Source: a virus. From it: a stretch of 64,000 bases of DNA. The stretch is from IMG/VR virus record IMGVR_UViG_3300011335_000775, positions 32,001-96,000 of that record. One strand, 5' to 3'. The translations under genes were made by a program, and so were the position numbers. How positions within the stretch are numbered: position 1 is the stretch's first letter; the number at the start of each line of letters is the position of its first letter. The notes under the pieces were generated by a model that worked only from the letters and a program-made list of their open reading frames with translations, was not told where the DNA came from and did no database searches. Positions 19,978 to 29,415 of this stretch are shown here, in pieces.

Positions 19978-20877
19978 ATGAAGAAATATGCTTTACTACT
20001 GGCCCTGGCATTGGCCGCAGGTTTTGCTCAGGCACAACCCATCCCTCAAGTCAGCGTCTATGGCAAAGTGCGTGAGTATCAAGAATCGTACACCTTGGGC
20101 ACCGCTAGTGCATTGACACGTTTGACCAACGATTCCAGTCGCCTGGGCGTCAAAGCCACAGCCAATGTTGGCAACGGTATCACTGCTAGTGCTGTGATTG
20201 AAACTGGTGTTGCTGTGGACGCACCCAGTGCCACCACACTTGGTGATCGCATTTCTGTGTTCAGCTTGAGCAACAGCATGGGATCCGTGGGCGTGGGACG
20301 CGACAAGCACTCAGTAACTCGTGTGTTGGATAACTTTGATGTGATGGAAAATGCGTATGGTACTACCGTATCTGCTATCCACAGCGCACAAGGTAGCCGT
20401 TTGCAAAACGCAGTGTTCTTGAGCACCGCAACTGTGGCCGGATTCAAAGGCAACTATGTAATGGCCAACAGCGAAACCGCTGGTGTGACCAATGTACAAA
20501 CTGCCAGTATTGATTATGCAGCAGGTCCTTTTGCTGCTACCGTGGCACGTTACGACAGCAGCACAAACAGCACAAGCACCATCCTTGGTGCCAAGTACAC
20601 CGTGGCTGCTACAGGTACCACAGTGTTTGGTATCTACAGCGATGACACAGTGTCTGGTGCAAGCACCACAGGTAAGAGCGTGGGTGTTCGTCAACCCGTT
20701 AACTCACAACTTGCAGTATTGGGCGGCTACGGTGAAACCAATACTGGTGTAACTGCCAAGGCTGTTGGTGTGGCTTATGCCATGAGCAAGGCACTGACTG
20801 TGCATGGTCGTTGGAGTTTCACTGACGCTGCAACAGATGTCACACAATATGGCGTTGGCGTAGAATACAACTTCTAA
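19978..20877 (+). CDS. Gram-negative general porin
   Basis: Signal peptide AQA, VSVYGKV, SRLG, amphipathic strands, C-terminal GVGVEYNF. Confidence 0.88.
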   Translation: MKKYALLLALALAAGFAQAQPIPQVSVYGKVREYQESYTLGTASALTRLTNDSSRLGVKATANVGNGITASAVIETGVAVDAPSATTLGDRISVFSLSNSMGSVGVGRDKHSVTRVLDNFDVMENAYGTTVSAIHSAQGSRLQNAVFLSTATVAGFKGNYVMANSETAGVTNVQTASIDYAAGPFAATVARYDSSTNSTSTILGAKYTVAATGTTVFGIYSDDTVSGASTTGKSVGVRQPVNSQLAVLGGYGETNTGVTAKAVGVAYAMSKALTVHGRWSFTDAATDVTQYGVGVEYNF

Positions 20878-20920
20878 ATTGCCAATTGTAATTTGCGACA
20901 AAATGTCGCAAAATAATCAC

Positions 20921-20948
20921 AAAAACCCTGCCCTGTGCAGGGTTTTTT
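20921..20948. terminator. Bidirectional intrinsic terminator (near-copy at 58821-58847)
   Basis: AAAAACCCTGC-loop-GCAGGGTTTTT. Confidence 0.85.
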
Positions 20949-20975
20949 GTTGTAAAAAACCCACAATTATTGTGG

Positions 20976-21004
20976 TTGACCAGAATTGGCAGATCGGGTA
21001 TAAT
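20976..21004 (+). promoter_or_regulatory. Early sigma70 promoter repeat 1
   Basis: TTGACC-17-TATAAT. Confidence 0.9.
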
Positions 21005-21030
21005 ACATACATTGCAACAAGGAGTAGACT

Positions 21031-21198
21031 ATGAAAGTCAAGACAGCAGTTAAACGAGTTGAAGAAGCGATCAACGTCGGGGAGTTCAAGATGGCCAACC
21101 ACCTGCTGAACAAGTATCGCCGTCGCTTTGGCAACCGGCACTTCACCTACTGGTTGCGTCTGCACATTGCCAACGGACTGTATTTTACTGCTGAATAA
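21031..21198 (+). CDS. 55-aa early protein (not in the ORF track)
   Basis: AAGGAG RBS; MKVKTAVKRVEEAI...YFTAE*. Confidence 0.7.
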   Translation: MKVKTAVKRVEEAINVGEFKMANHLLNKYRRRFGNRHFTYWLRLHIANGLYFTAE

Positions 21199-21201
21199 AG
21201 G

Positions 21202-21230
21202 TTGACCGGAATTGCAAAATCGGTTATAAT
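21202..21230 (+). promoter_or_regulatory. Early sigma70 promoter repeat 2
   Basis: TTGACC-17-TATAAT-ACATACATCGCAACAAGGAG. Confidence 0.9.
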
Positions 21231-21255
21231 ACATACATCGCAACAAGGAGTTTTT

Positions 21256-21891
21256 ATGTTCGCTACCCAAACTCGTAAAACTGTGCAACTGAATTCAGTA
21301 CAACAAACTCAGATAGAAGCACTGAGTTCTGTGTTAGGTAAACTGAGCAACAGCGATGGCAACTTTGCTTCCAGTTTGATCCAGAACTTTTATCGTTATG
21401 GTAGCTTGTCTCCCAAACAGCTGACCTGGGTTGATACTTTGACCCAACGTGCCACACAGCCCGCACCGGTTGCGCAGATTCAAGTGAACTTTCAAAAGAT
21501 CCAAGATCTGTTTGATTTGGCTGCTAAGAAACTGCGCCGTGTCAAAGTCAAATTACAAACCGCACAAGGACAGCCAGTGGCGTTTGTCCGTGCAGGTGCT
21601 AACAGCAAATATGCGGGTCAGATCCTGATCACTGACGGTGGCCCATTTGGCAACAACAAGTTCTTTGGACGTGTGGATGTTACTGGTGAGTTCTTTGCTA
21701 CTCGCAGTGCCACACAAGAAGTGTGCGACCTGGTTAAAGAGTTTGCAGATGACCCATCTGCCACCGCAGGACGTTATGGACGCCTCACTGGTGGTTGCAG
21801 TTTTTGCAATCACGGGCTGAAAGATAACCGTTCTGTGCAAGTTGGATACGGTCCGGTATGCGCTCGCAACTTTGGTCTAGTATGGGGTTGA
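21256..21891 (+). CDS. Early protein with C-terminal DUF6011-like Zn finger
   Basis: CSFCNHGLKDNRSVQVGYGPVCA. Confidence 0.7.
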   Translation: MFATQTRKTVQLNSVQQTQIEALSSVLGKLSNSDGNFASSLIQNFYRYGSLSPKQLTWVDTLTQRATQPAPVAQIQVNFQKIQDLFDLAAKKLRRVKVKLQTAQGQPVAFVRAGANSKYAGQILITDGGPFGNNKFFGRVDVTGEFFATRSATQEVCDLVKEFADDPSATAGRYGRLTGGCSFCNHGLKDNRSVQVGYGPVCARNFGLVWG

Positions 21892-21916
21892 CCAGAATTG
21901 GCAGATCGGTTATAAT
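21888..21916 (+). promoter_or_regulatory. Early sigma70 promoter repeat 3
   Basis: TTGACC-17-TATAAT; the -35 contains the upstream TGA stop. Confidence 0.9.
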
Positions 21917-21945
21917 ATACACATAAACAGCAAAAGAGGTTCAAA

Positions 21946-22170
21946 ATGAAAGTGTATTCGTTATTGGGATTTGTATCGTATGAAGGTTCGGATCTGATAG
22001 GTGTGTTTGGATCCGTAGAGGATGTGATGAAGTGTGTGCGTGAAGGTAGGTGGTTCTGTGATGAGTTGGGATACGTAGAGTCCGAACTGGGTGTGAAGAT
22101 AGAAGATGTGTTGGGTGATGTGGTGTACGTGTCCTTTGTACGCTACAACGGCAAGGTGGTAGAAGTTTAG
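21946..22170 (+). CDS. Hypothetical early protein
   Basis: GAGG RBS after the promoter. Confidence 0.7.
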   Translation: MKVYSLLGFVSYEGSDLIGVFGSVEDVMKCVREGRWFCDELGYVESELGVKIEDVLGDVVYVSFVRYNGKVVEV

Positions 22171-22171
22171 G

Positions 22172-22200
22172 TTGACCAGAATTGGCAGATCGGTTATAAT
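22172..22200 (+). promoter_or_regulatory. Early sigma70 promoter repeat 4
   Basis: TTGACCAGAATTGGCAGATCGGTTATAAT, identical to repeat 3. Confidence 0.9.
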
Positions 22201-22226
22201 ACATACATCGCAACAAGGAACACATT

Positions 22227-22556
22227 ATGCAAGCACTACTCAACATTGAAAACATTCATAACACCGCAACAGCCGCAGCCCGCAAGACCACTGAAGACTT
22301 TCTGGTCAAGCACGGCGATCGCGATGCTTGCGGCTTTGCTTGGGTTACAGTCTACGAAAAAGGCTCTACCAAGTTGGGTCGCGCATTGAAGTCAGTGGGA
22401 TTTAAACCAGCATACGGCGGTGGCCTCCAACTGTGGAACCCATCAGGCAGCTGGACCCAATGCATCACTGCCAAGGAAGAAGGCGCCCGCGCCTATGCTG
22501 AAGTGCTACGCAAATTTGGCATTGAGCAGGCATATGCAGGAAGCCGGGTAGACTAA
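22227..22556 (+). CDS. Conserved phage early protein
   Basis: CGFAWV motif. Confidence 0.7.
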   Translation: MQALLNIENIHNTATAAARKTTEDFLVKHGDRDACGFAWVTVYEKGSTKLGRALKSVGFKPAYGGGLQLWNPSGSWTQCITAKEEGARAYAEVLRKFGIEQAYAGSRVD

Positions 22557-22563
22557 GCATTGG

Positions 22564-22592
22564 TTGACTGATATTGAGTTTTCGGTTATAAT
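22564..22592 (+). promoter_or_regulatory. Early sigma70 promoter repeat 5
   Basis: TTGACT-17-TATAAT. Confidence 0.85.
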
Positions 22593-22620
22593 ACATTTTT
22601 AATTTAACTTAGGAGTTTTT

Positions 22621-23040
22621 ATGTCTTACACTTTCGCTGGTACTTCTGTTCTCAAAGGTGTTCTCAAAGTTCGTTTTGCCAACTCTGAGGCTCGTGCCAA
22701 ACAACTGGCCAAACTGGGTGACACCGATGTGAATATTGTGCCGCTGCCGTCTACCATGGACAAGGCAGGCGCTGTGGCTTATCTGTTGGGGCTAGCAGGG
22801 TTTGCTGACACTGATGCTGTGCGTGAAGCACTGCAAGCAGAAGTGGCTGTGAAGACTCGTCCGGCTAAGGCTGCAAAGACTGTAAAAAAGAAAGTTTCCA
22901 AGACTGTAACAGTCAAGGCCCGTCCTACTATGGATTCCATACGTGCCAAAGCAGCCCGGGCTCGTGCCGCAGCAGCCGAAGTGACGGTAACCGAAGCCGA
23001 AGTTGACAGCCTGATGATGGCTGTGTTCGGTACCAAATAA
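22621..23040 (+). CDS. Early protein with K/A-rich basic tail
   Basis: AGGAG RBS; KAAKTVKKK segment. Confidence 0.7.
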   Translation: MSYTFAGTSVLKGVLKVRFANSEARAKQLAKLGDTDVNIVPLPSTMDKAGAVAYLLGLAGFADTDAVREALQAEVAVKTRPAKAAKTVKKKVSKTVTVKARPTMDSIRAKAARARAAAAEVTVTEAEVDSLMMAVFGTK

Positions 23041-23093
23041 TCAACGTCCACAGGGCAGGTGCAATGCCTGCCCGCCCTCACTTAGGAATAGTC

Positions 23094-23447
23094 ATGGCAG
23101 GCTGGAATACAATCAAACAAATTCGTGACATAGAAGCACGAGCTGATCTTCTTGGAATGAAGTTTACTGCATATAAACATGATGATAGTTTTGGTGCAAA
23201 TATAGCATTGGTTCCCAAGGATAATCACACATTGCCCATCTACGCTCGTGATGCTGTGTTGTTTGCTGGCACATTGGAAATGGCTGACAAGTTTATGCAA
23301 GGTGTTGAGTGGGCACGTGATTATGATCGTATGGTTATTGACCGGAAGATAGATTCAAAGCGTGAACGCAAAGAACAAGATGAACGCAATCGTATTCTAC
23401 TGCGCACACTCAAGGATGGCAAAGTGCCTAACCTAGTACAGACATAA
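23094..23447 (+). CDS. Hypothetical protein
   Basis: AGGA RBS before ATG 23094. Confidence 0.65.
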   Translation: MAGWNTIKQIRDIEARADLLGMKFTAYKHDDSFGANIALVPKDNHTLPIYARDAVLFAGTLEMADKFMQGVEWARDYDRMVIDRKIDSKRERKEQDERNRILLRTLKDGKVPNLVQT

Positions 23448-23511
23448 GTCAAGATAGAAGAAACTCATCCATTCATGTAGGTTGGGATAAATAATATATA
23501 GGAGATATAGT

Positions 23512-24252
23512 ATGATTCCGTATACTTACTTGATTGGGTGGACTGAACAAAACAAATTTTACTATGGAGTTAGGTATGCGTCAAATTGTACCCCATCAGA
23601 GTTAATGATCACTTATTTTACTAGTAGCTCAAGAGTAATAGAAATGATTGGATTATATGGATTGCCAAATATTATACAGGTAAGGAAGACCTTCACAACC
23701 ACAAAAAAAGCAAGACTTTGGGAACATAAAGTCTTACGCAGAATGGCAGTAATCAAGTTGGATAAATGGCTAAACAGAACTGACAATAAATCAATTGAGC
23801 CGCAAGTTGGTCAAAAAAATCACATGTTTGGTAAGTTTGGTAAATTATCGCATAGATATGGAACAACATTGTCTGATAAATCTAAGAATATTATAGGTGA
23901 AAAAAGTAGAATGAAAAAAGGTAATATGTCTGAAGATTTTAGTGAAAAGATGCGTAAACTTGTCACTGGTAGGAAGCAAAAAAACTCCACTAAAGAAAAA
24001 ATAAGTGAGCGATTAACTGGCAAGATATTAACTGACGAACATAAGAAAAATATTTCAGCCAATCATGCCGATACTTCGGGAGAAAATAATCCGTTCTTTG
24101 GTAAGAAACATACAGAAGAACAGAAGAAACTAATGTCAGAGCAAAGGACTGGGACAGTAATGATAAACAAAGATGGAGTCTTAAAACGTATTCACAAGGG
24201 ATCCTTGGAGAGTTATCTACAACATGGTTGGGTTAGAGGTAAGGGAAAATAA
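23512..24252 (+). mobile_element. GIY-YIG-type homing endonuclease with NUMOD3 repeats
   Basis: YTYLIGW...YYGVRY; NPFFGKKHTEEQK; own late promoter; AT-rich. Confidence 0.75.
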
Positions 24253-24253
24253 A

Positions 24254-24619
24254 ATGGGATTAGATCAATACATGTATGTTGCAAGTGGCACTAACTCTAA
24301 TGATTCTGACAGACGAGATTTAGGATATCGACGAAAACACCCCAACCTGCATGGATGGATGCATCGGTTGTGGGAAAGCAAAGGCTGTCCAAACGGTCAT
24401 CCAGAAGATCAGTTCAATGGTACTGAACTAGAACTCACCTGGGAGGATCTTGAGGAACTTGAACGTGCAGTCACACACAAACAATTGCCTGCCACAGGTG
24501 GATTCTTCTTTGGTAACGACAGTGATGATTATTATCGCGAACATGATTTGAAATTTGTGCGTGAAGCCAAGGCTGAAATATTCACTGGCCTAAAAGTGTT
24601 CTACAACAGCTCATGGTAA
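24254..24619 (+). CDS. Conserved phage protein (MGLDQY...RKH..LHGW family)
   Basis: Motif recognition. Confidence 0.65.
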   Translation: MGLDQYMYVASGTNSNDSDRRDLGYRRKHPNLHGWMHRLWESKGCPNGHPEDQFNGTELELTWEDLEELERAVTHKQLPATGGFFFGNDSDDYYREHDLKFVREAKAEIFTGLKVFYNSSW

Positions 24620-25077
24620 AAGCAGTATTTTACGAAAAGGTAGGACGCAAGTATGTCCCTGTGCGTGAGTACGATAGCCTGTTGATGGAATCGTTTCCCG
24701 AAGGAGCTCATCTTGTGATAACATATCCTGGTGGTCGCAGCACACGTTACAATGTTGATCCTGACCATGCTGGATTGATTGCTGCTAGTCGGGTTGCGGA
24801 AGATGCCATGACCACTGCCATGCGTATGGCCAGTGAATTGAAACCAACAACAACTCCTCTCACAGAATCACAACGCAAGGCATGGAAAAAACTGGCCAAA
24901 GAATTTGGTACTGAACTTTGCACACTGCAAGCATCCAGCGCACACGATATCGCACAAGCAGGAATTAATGCTTTACTTTCACAAGCAAATGTGCTATACT
25001 CTAATCCAGCAGTACGTGATGCCTACGAAAAGTTTCTATTCGTGTGTGCATTAACCAAACAGAAGGATAATAAGTAA
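24613..25077 (+). CDS. Hypothetical protein
   Basis: Coupled ORF. Confidence 0.65.
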   Translation: MVKAVFYEKVGRKYVPVREYDSLLMESFPEGAHLVITYPGGRSTRYNVDPDHAGLIAASRVAEDAMTTAMRMASELKPTTTPLTESQRKAWKKLAKEFGTELCTLQASSAHDIAQAGINALLSQANVLYSNPAVRDAYEKFLFVCALTKQKDNK

Positions 25078-26466
25078 ATGTTATATGACCCACTTGCCCC
25101 TTACTCTGTGGATGATGTCCGTTTCACTGGAACTATGTCGTCAGGTTGGATAACTGACCTCAACAGTTCCGACAGTCGCATTCACAAAGAGAAAGTGATT
25201 GAAAAAGCCCTAATGGCTGCAAAATTGGGCAGTGCCGATGCACAGTCTTTTTTGTTCAATTGCTATCAAGCATACAATCCTTTCTATACCTTCCATGTAA
25301 AACAAGTTCCTGAAACGCAAGGTCTTACGGGGCGTGATAATCCTTGGCCATTGTTTTGGGGCTTGCTAGAAAGTCTACGTACTCGAACCAATACTGGACA
25401 TGCAGCTCGTGACTTCATGATTCGTGTGAGTGAAGAATTTGACTCGGAAGAATGGAACACAATCTGTGCTCCTGTGATCCGCAAAGACCTACGCTGTGGT
25501 ATCAGTGAAAAGACACTGAACAAGGTGCTGGGCAAAACACAATATCGCATTCCGGTGTTCTCATGCCAGTTGGCACAAGATTCAACAGATCGTCCAGCCA
25601 AGATGAAAGGTGTCAAACGTCTAGAAGTCAAGCTGGATGGTGTGCGTGTGATTGCTGTGGTCACTGCCAATGGTTGTACCCTGTACAGCCGCAACGGTAA
25701 GCAGTTTGCAAACTTTCCACAGATTGCTGATGCTGTGATGGATGTGCGTCCCATCTTGATAAAGAATAGTACACTCAACGCTAGCTTTATACTTGATGGT
25801 GAGATTGTGGGAGAAAGTTTTCAAAGGCTCATGCGTCAAGCACATCGTAAGAGCAATGTCGAAACGTCCGACACGGTGTATCACATCTTTGACGCCATGC
25901 CCTTGGCTGAATTTATGGAAGGACATTGTAATGCCATGCAAGCTCGGCGCCTTGAATGGTTGGAAGGCAGTCGAGATCGACTGATGAGAACTGACTGTTT
26001 GCGTATTATGTCAGGTGTTAATGTGGATCTAGACACAGCAGAAGGGCATGACGTGATGAATCGTTATGCACAGGATGCAGTAAAGGACGGATTCGAAGGA
26101 ATCATGATCAAAGATCTGTCTGCACCTTACGAGTGCAAGCGATCCAGCTTTTGGATGAAATGGAAACCCACAATCACTGTGGATCTCAATATCGTGGGAT
26201 TCGAACAAGGAACTGGTCGCAATGAGGGCCGGTTGGGTGCTATAGTATGTGAAGGAGTTGATAATGACAGAAACATCAGAGTTAATGTTGGTAGCGGTTT
26301 GTCTGACAGCGATCGTGATGAGTATTGGGCTTCCCGGGATCAGTTACTTGGTCATGTGGTTGAAGTCGAAGCGGACGCAGTCACCCAAAATCAAGACGGA
26401 ACATACAGTCTCCGATTCCCAAGATTCCTAAGATTTCGCAGTTTTGAACCAGGAGATAAACTATGA
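25078..26466 (+). CDS. ATP-dependent DNA ligase
   Basis: EVKLDGVR, EGIMIK, WMKWKP, SLRFPRF. Confidence 0.93.
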   Translation: MLYDPLAPYSVDDVRFTGTMSSGWITDLNSSDSRIHKEKVIEKALMAAKLGSADAQSFLFNCYQAYNPFYTFHVKQVPETQGLTGRDNPWPLFWGLLESLRTRTNTGHAARDFMIRVSEEFDSEEWNTICAPVIRKDLRCGISEKTLNKVLGKTQYRIPVFSCQLAQDSTDRPAKMKGVKRLEVKLDGVRVIAVVTANGCTLYSRNGKQFANFPQIADAVMDVRPILIKNSTLNASFILDGEIVGESFQRLMRQAHRKSNVETSDTVYHIFDAMPLAEFMEGHCNAMQARRLEWLEGSRDRLMRTDCLRIMSGVNVDLDTAEGHDVMNRYAQDAVKDGFEGIMIKDLSAPYECKRSSFWMKWKPTITVDLNIVGFEQGTGRNEGRLGAIVCEGVDNDRNIRVNVGSGLSDSDRDEYWASRDQLLGHVVEVEADAVTQNQDGTYSLRFPRFLRFRSFEPGDKL

Positions 26467-27594
26467 GCAGATATAGAACCGTGACCGCAGAAGTTGAAGT
26501 TGAACTATCGGACTTTGACACCGATGACCTTATCGAAGAGTTAGAGAGTCGTGGCGCAGACTATAACACCAATGGTGTGAATGCTGATGAGATGCGACTG
26601 TTGCTGGAGTCAATTTGGCACAAGCGTCGACTGGGCAATAACGACTACCAAGCAGAACTGGACCGGTTGATATACGGTGTGCTTGGGCATGTAGTGTGAT
26701 CAATCTAAACTTCAGCATTGCTAATCCTTGGCGCCGAGATCTTTGGAACATCCTGTGGAACATCAGCAGGTCGATTACCAAACACAAAGCCGTGGAGTTC
26801 AATGGATATCGCACTGGGCATATGATTGATATAGAATTTGAGTGGAGATTCAATGGCGATCATGCAGGCGCCAGAGTCATGCTGGTGATGCTGGGATATG
26901 GTGTGGAACTGCATTTCTACGATATGCGGCATTGGGATTATGATAGAAACACCTGGGACAAAGTTCTATGAACGCATTGATTGAACGCATGATCAGTGAA
27001 GCCGGACTCAAATACTCTCCTGAACAAGCAGAAGCAGTGGAACGACTGGTGCGGATAACAGCTACTTTCTGTATTGATCAATGCGGCGGCAAAGGTGTAT
27101 GTGTAGGATCCACCCTGGTCAAGAACAAGATTCTCACAGCATTTGAAATGAATCGACCCCCGGAAAGAACTTTATAGTGAGTCGAGATCTATGGACAGAA
27201 ATGGTACAGGAACTGTCACCAAGAATTGACAAAAATGCAGCAGAACTTCTATATCACCGTGCCGCAGCAGCCCGGGGGCATGGTCAAAAACTCGAAGTGC
27301 CCAACGGTATGGGCAAGTGGGTAGACTTGACAAAATTGTTTGAACAGTATACAATGATACAGATTTTAAAAGGAAAAAATGATGGCAACAGCAAAAACAG
27401 TAAACAAACTCAGTGACAAACTGGTCAAAGTGAATGAGAACTTCACCATCAACATGTACGACAATGGCTTCATGGTTGAAGTAGGTGGACGCAACAAAAA
27501 GAGCGATTATGTCAGTGCCAAAATCATATGCAGTACCGTGGATGAGGTGTTAAGTCTTGTACGTGAAGCATGTGAAATGGATCGAGATAGCTAA
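26463..27594 (+). CDS. Run of five short coupled hypothetical genes (26463-26699, 26696-26971, 26968-27177, 27177-27416, 27382-27594)
   Basis: Overlapping stop/start junctions. Confidence 0.6.
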
Positions 27595-28862
27595 TGCAGG
27601 TAATGTGCAATTGCGGCAGAACACTAAACCCCGAAGGCTGGTGTGATGCCAGCCACTCACTGAGTGAAGATCAATATGTTGCGATGTTGGAACGCCAACG
27701 GCAAAAGCAGATAAGATCAAAAATTAGTATTGCTGACAAATCTAATCAGATGGTCGAGTTTGATAACCGGGCTAATTTTAGTACCACAAATTCAAATAGT
27801 GTTGGAATTTATATAAATTACAGTGTTAATCATTTAATAGAAAATCAACTTTCTACAGATTGTGTAATATATCAAGATAATTTTGATATTTTTTTAAAAT
27901 CTAAGCATAGTCAATACATTGCAATTTTGACTATGTTTGGGGGGCATGATGGATGGGCAGATCAAATTGAACCGTTGATTGCTCTCTGCGATCATGTGTT
28001 TATAATCTGTACAGAAGTTGTACCTCCTGTTGTTGATTTTATTCAACAACATGATCATCACAACGTTACTTATTATCTTTGTGGGCATTTGAATTTTGAA
28101 TTAAAGCATAGTGTTGTACATCAATATATGTATTGGTTTAATATCACTACAGATTTTTATCGTAACTGGCTTCCTGAACTGTTGCATAGGCTACATCCAT
28201 TTGACACAAAAGAATCAAATTTTGATATCTTGTTAGGGTCTCAAAAATCACATCGAGACTTTGTATTTGAGCAAGCAACAAAAACCCCTGGATCATACGT
28301 TCTAACATATTTTAAAAATTTATTAAATTGGGACGTGTTACAGCAACCTGAATGGGAACAGCAAGGTGTTAAGATGCATCACATTCCAGGATGGACTGTG
28401 GAGACCGTTGAATACTACGGATATATGCTTAGTTTAAGTCAAATTATTCCATTTAAAATTTATAATCAAACTGCGTACTCTGTGATTACAGAATCTGTTG
28501 CACAAAATCAATTTTCATTTTGTACTGAAAAAATAGTCAAACCGATAATTGCACGTAGATTGTTTGTGATATTTGCTGGAAAGGGATATCTAGCCAATTT
28601 AAAAAAACTAGGATTTCAAACATTTGATAGCATTATTGACGAAAGTTATGATAACATAGATAACGACATTGAGAGATGGCAACATGCATGGAATCAAATT
28701 GAATGGTTAAATTGCCAATCACAAGAACTTATATTAAAAAAAATACTCTCAATTGTGGAACATAATTTTTCAATTATGATGAATACAGATTGGCCTGGAT
28801 TATTTAGACAACAATTAACACAAGAATTTGTTAATGTAATAGACTTCCAAGAACAAAATTAA
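27594..28862 (+). CDS. CDGSH-like Fe-S finger fused to GT10-like paralog 3
   Basis: CNCGRTLNPEGWCDASH; SVITES...CTEKIVKPI...GFQTFDSIIDESYD. Confidence 0.55.
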   Translation: MQVMCNCGRTLNPEGWCDASHSLSEDQYVAMLERQRQKQIRSKISIADKSNQMVEFDNRANFSTTNSNSVGIYINYSVNHLIENQLSTDCVIYQDNFDIFLKSKHSQYIAILTMFGGHDGWADQIEPLIALCDHVFIICTEVVPPVVDFIQQHDHHNVTYYLCGHLNFELKHSVVHQYMYWFNITTDFYRNWLPELLHRLHPFDTKESNFDILLGSQKSHRDFVFEQATKTPGSYVLTYFKNLLNWDVLQQPEWEQQGVKMHHIPGWTVETVEYYGYMLSLSQIIPFKIYNQTAYSVITESVAQNQFSFCTEKIVKPIIARRLFVIFAGKGYLANLKKLGFQTFDSIIDESYDNIDNDIERWQHAWNQIEWLNCQSQELILKKILSIVEHNFSIMMNTDWPGLFRQQLTQEFVNVIDFQEQN

Positions 28863-28864
28863 AC

Positions 28865-28893
28865 TTGACAACATCCAGGATTATTGTTATAAT
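28865..28893 (+). promoter_or_regulatory. Perfect sigma70 promoter
   Basis: TTGACA-17-TATAAT. Confidence 0.9.
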
Positions 28894-28899
28894 TACTTG

Positions 28900-29163
28900 G
28901 CATGGGCAAGGAGGTGGAGCAGCTCAATGGTGTCAGCAGGGTGGATCAATTCCCCGGGCCTGCTAACGCCGTGGCATGTGAGCATAAGTCTTATAGGTTG
29001 CGACCAAGACCTCGATTGAAAAATCAAAACCAGGCTGGTACCCTGGGAGTATGCCAAGAGGAATAATCTGGAAAGGATATGAGAATGTCTGTTGAAATTG
29101 GGATCTCTGCGTCGAGCATGTCCGAGTCACTCAATTTGCTTAAAACAACGCCCTTGCCCATGC
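28900..29163 (+). ncRNA. Candidate structured RNA of unknown class
   Basis: 12-bp terminal stem starting at the predicted +1, multiple nested stems, GNRA loops. Confidence 0.6.
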
Positions 29164-29411
29164 ACCGTATTTGGGTAGAGCTCGATGGCACTGAAAAGTG
29201 GTACAAGATCATTGCCGAAGCCAATCGTGAATTTGGTATTCGTGGATGGCGCGGCCAATCAGGTGCCAAGCGCCGATTAGATCGCACACGTACTTGGCCA
29301 TCCTTGATCAAAACCACCCAACGTGTGTGGTTTGATGTGCCTGACGAAAAGTTTGCAACTTGGATAGCTATAAAGTATGCGGTAACGGTGCTTGCATCAC
29401 CCGGTAAATAA
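29160..29411 (+). CDS. Hypothetical protein (alternative start 29085)
   Basis: MHRIWVELDG...FATWIAIKY. Confidence 0.6.
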   Translation: MHRIWVELDGTEKWYKIIAEANREFGIRGWRGQSGAKRRLDRTRTWPSLIKTTQRVWFDVPDEKFATWIAIKYAVTVLASPGK

Positions 29412-29415
29412 TCTT

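Noticed and set aside
20976-22592. CRISPR or integron array
   Set aside because: The repeats are promoters separated by whole genes; no attC-like structure or integrase was seen
28915-28960. tRNA (AGCTCAATGG D-loop-like and GGATCAATTCC T-loop-like pieces)
   Set aside because: No anticodon arm or cloverleaf spacing; the segment forms a different long stem
28900-29163. Retron msr-msd, tmRNA or RNase P
   Set aside because: No reverse transcriptase in the window; no tmRNA acceptor ends; RNase P conserved regions are absent or out of order
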